Assembly (NCBI GenBank): GCA_013336275.1
Contig: JAAXUA010000002.1
Location: forward strand, 45,057-109,056
Reading direction: 5' to 3'
Origin: Candidatus Falkowbacteria bacterium
Lineage (GTDB): Bacteria; Patescibacteriota; Patescibacteriia; Patescibacteriales; GWE2-39-37
Length of the DNA stretch: 64,000 nucleotides
In this document: positions 63,062 through 64,000 of the stretch, piece by piece
Layout: the number at the start of each line of letters is the position of its first letter
Numbering within the stretch: position 1 is the stretch's first letter
Program-made: the position numbers and the translations under genes
The notes under the pieces: model-generated
Database searches by the model: none
What the model saw: only the letters and a program-made list of their open reading frames with translations
What the model was told of the DNA's origin: nothing

Positions 63062-64000
63062 TTATTTTAGATTTATCTTGTGGAGCTGGCCTGAGGCACT
63101 GTCGCTGAAGTATAGGTACTTCTGATCGGCGCTGACCATGATGTTATCTATGGTGTAGTCTCCCTCGGGGATGGCGATGCGTTTTTTGGCGCCTGTGGCT
63201 GAATCGATTTGGTAAAGGTCGTCTACTGTGTTCTTGGCCAGCTCTGGGAATAGGCCAGCGCCTTCATCGAGTTCGCGAGGGACAGCACAGAAGAGGTTAG
63301 TTCCACCGGAAAAGTTACATTTTTCGGCCCAGGTATTGATGTTCAGGTTGCGGCGGTTTGAGCCGATATTGTCGCCCTGTGCATCGACTACCCATAGTCC
63401 AGGCTTCATTTCCGTCTGACTGGAGTAGACGCTGTAAACCAGCTGATTGCCTTGAGGAGACCACTTCGGGTCGAAACCGCGGCCCTCGACGATGGTCGAT
63501 TTGAAATTTTCTCCGTTCAAACCAATGAAATAAACCTCCTGCCGATCAAAATCCTTACCCTCGGCGTAAAGCGCTGCCACCTGGTTGTTGGGTGACCACT
63601 CGGTATAGACCTCGTCATCCTTGTCGCCAAGCTGCTCGATGCCTCGGACCTGACTACCGTCGCTTGAAACCGTGGCCACCCAGCGATTGTCGGGGTCCTG
63701 GCCCATGCTTTTGAAGACTAGGTTGCCTCCGTCTGGGGAATAGGAAAAATTTTTCCAATGAGCGGGCAGAGTTATCTGTTTCTGGTTGTTGAAGTCGTAG
63801 ATAATATTAGAACCGTCGGGGTATTCTAATACGGCCTGGTTCTTGTTCGGCGACCAGACTACGCTGTCGACTTTGTAAAAGACCTTGTCGGAGATGGCCT
63901 TGGCGTTGCCAGCTGGGTCGATGCGGTAGAATTTTCCGTCATTCTTGTCGTAGTATTGCAAGCCGTTGCCATCGCTTGAGATAGTGGCGCCCAAGCTTGG
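63062..64000 (-). CDS. TolB-like beta-propeller (PD40/WD40-like repeat) protein, N-terminus beyond the window
   Basis: Recurrent WSPN/SPDG/WSPQG...LVY repeat motifs. The frame is open to the window edge. Confidence 0.65.
   Translation of the reverse strand, partial: PSLGATISSDGNGLQYYDKNDGKFYRIDPAGNAKAISDKVFYKVDSVVWSPNKNQAVLEYPDGSNIIYDFNNQKQITLPAHWKNFSYSPDGGNLVFKSMGQDPDNRWVATVSSDGSQVRGIEQLGDKDDEVYTEWSPNNQVAALYAEGKDFDRQEVYFIGLNGENFKSTIVEGRGFDPKWSPQGNQLVYSVYSSQTEMKPGLWVVDAQGDNIGSNRRNLNINTWAEKCNFSGGTNLFCAVPRELDEGAGLFPELAKNTVDDLYQIDSATGAKKRIAIPEGDYTIDNIMVSADQKYLYFSDSASGQLHKINLK

Overview
The window reads as a contiguous chromosomal segment from a small-genome, anaerobic, monoderm-like bacterium. 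It is most plausibly a Patescibacteria/CPR member, but that is an inference from gene content only, because I could run no homology search. The standard genetic code applies: TAA, TAG and TGA all terminate long, clean ORFs. Coding density is high and genes form long co-directional blocks.

Contents in order:
- A peptidase-rich block (htpX 3' part, M24, M18, U32), then ruvA, a FemAB-type transferase and a Mur ligase.
- A 446-nt AT-rich leader, then rpoB and rpoC.
- A minus-strand block: a DUF4258/DUF2283-like pair, two VirB2/TrbC-type pilin-domain proteins with unusual C-terminal fusions (NlpC/P60 hydrolase; a 12-Cys domain), and a DsbA-like protein with a CxxS site.
- leuS, secreted and Cys-rich proteins, and rsmA.
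- A roughly 19-kb single-strand operon. It encodes a thrombospondin-repeat protein, a 2,808-aa Cys-rich protein with CBM-like modules, a membrane protein and a VirB6-like polytopic protein. These are followed by two unknown paralog-headed proteins, PrgI/VirB3-like, a two-ORF VirB4 ATPase and an anchored NTF2-like candidate, with ComFC translationally coupled at the end.
- A GIY-YIG ORF bracketed by a duplicated tRNA-Ser 5' fragment, and tRNA-Ser(GCU).
- An amidohydrolase with an odd double-terminator leader, a CDF transporter and a DsbB/BdbC-like protein.
- 2-oxoacid:ferredoxin oxidoreductase alpha/beta, rubrerythrin, and a desulforedoxin gene absent from the ORF track (39 aa, below its shortest listed ORF).
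- tRNA-Ser(UGA), an ECF sigma module with CGM(M) motif proteins, and a NapH-like Fe-S protein.
- An ArsR-controlled redox operon (DUF2892, trxB, ACR3/BASS permease, trxA, rhodanese).
- tRNA-Arg(GCG) with a duplicated 3' end, then recG, mpg-like glycosylase, radA, a second DsbA, a tandem structured repeat, and a partial TolB-like propeller.

The best candidate for an undescribed system has two parts. One is the relaxase-less T4SS-like operon with the giant adhesin and ComFC at 23.6-43.0 kb. The other is the detached pilin-fusion/DsbA operon at 16.0-18.5 kb. All functional calls rest on motifs I recognised by eye, and domain boundaries are approximate.
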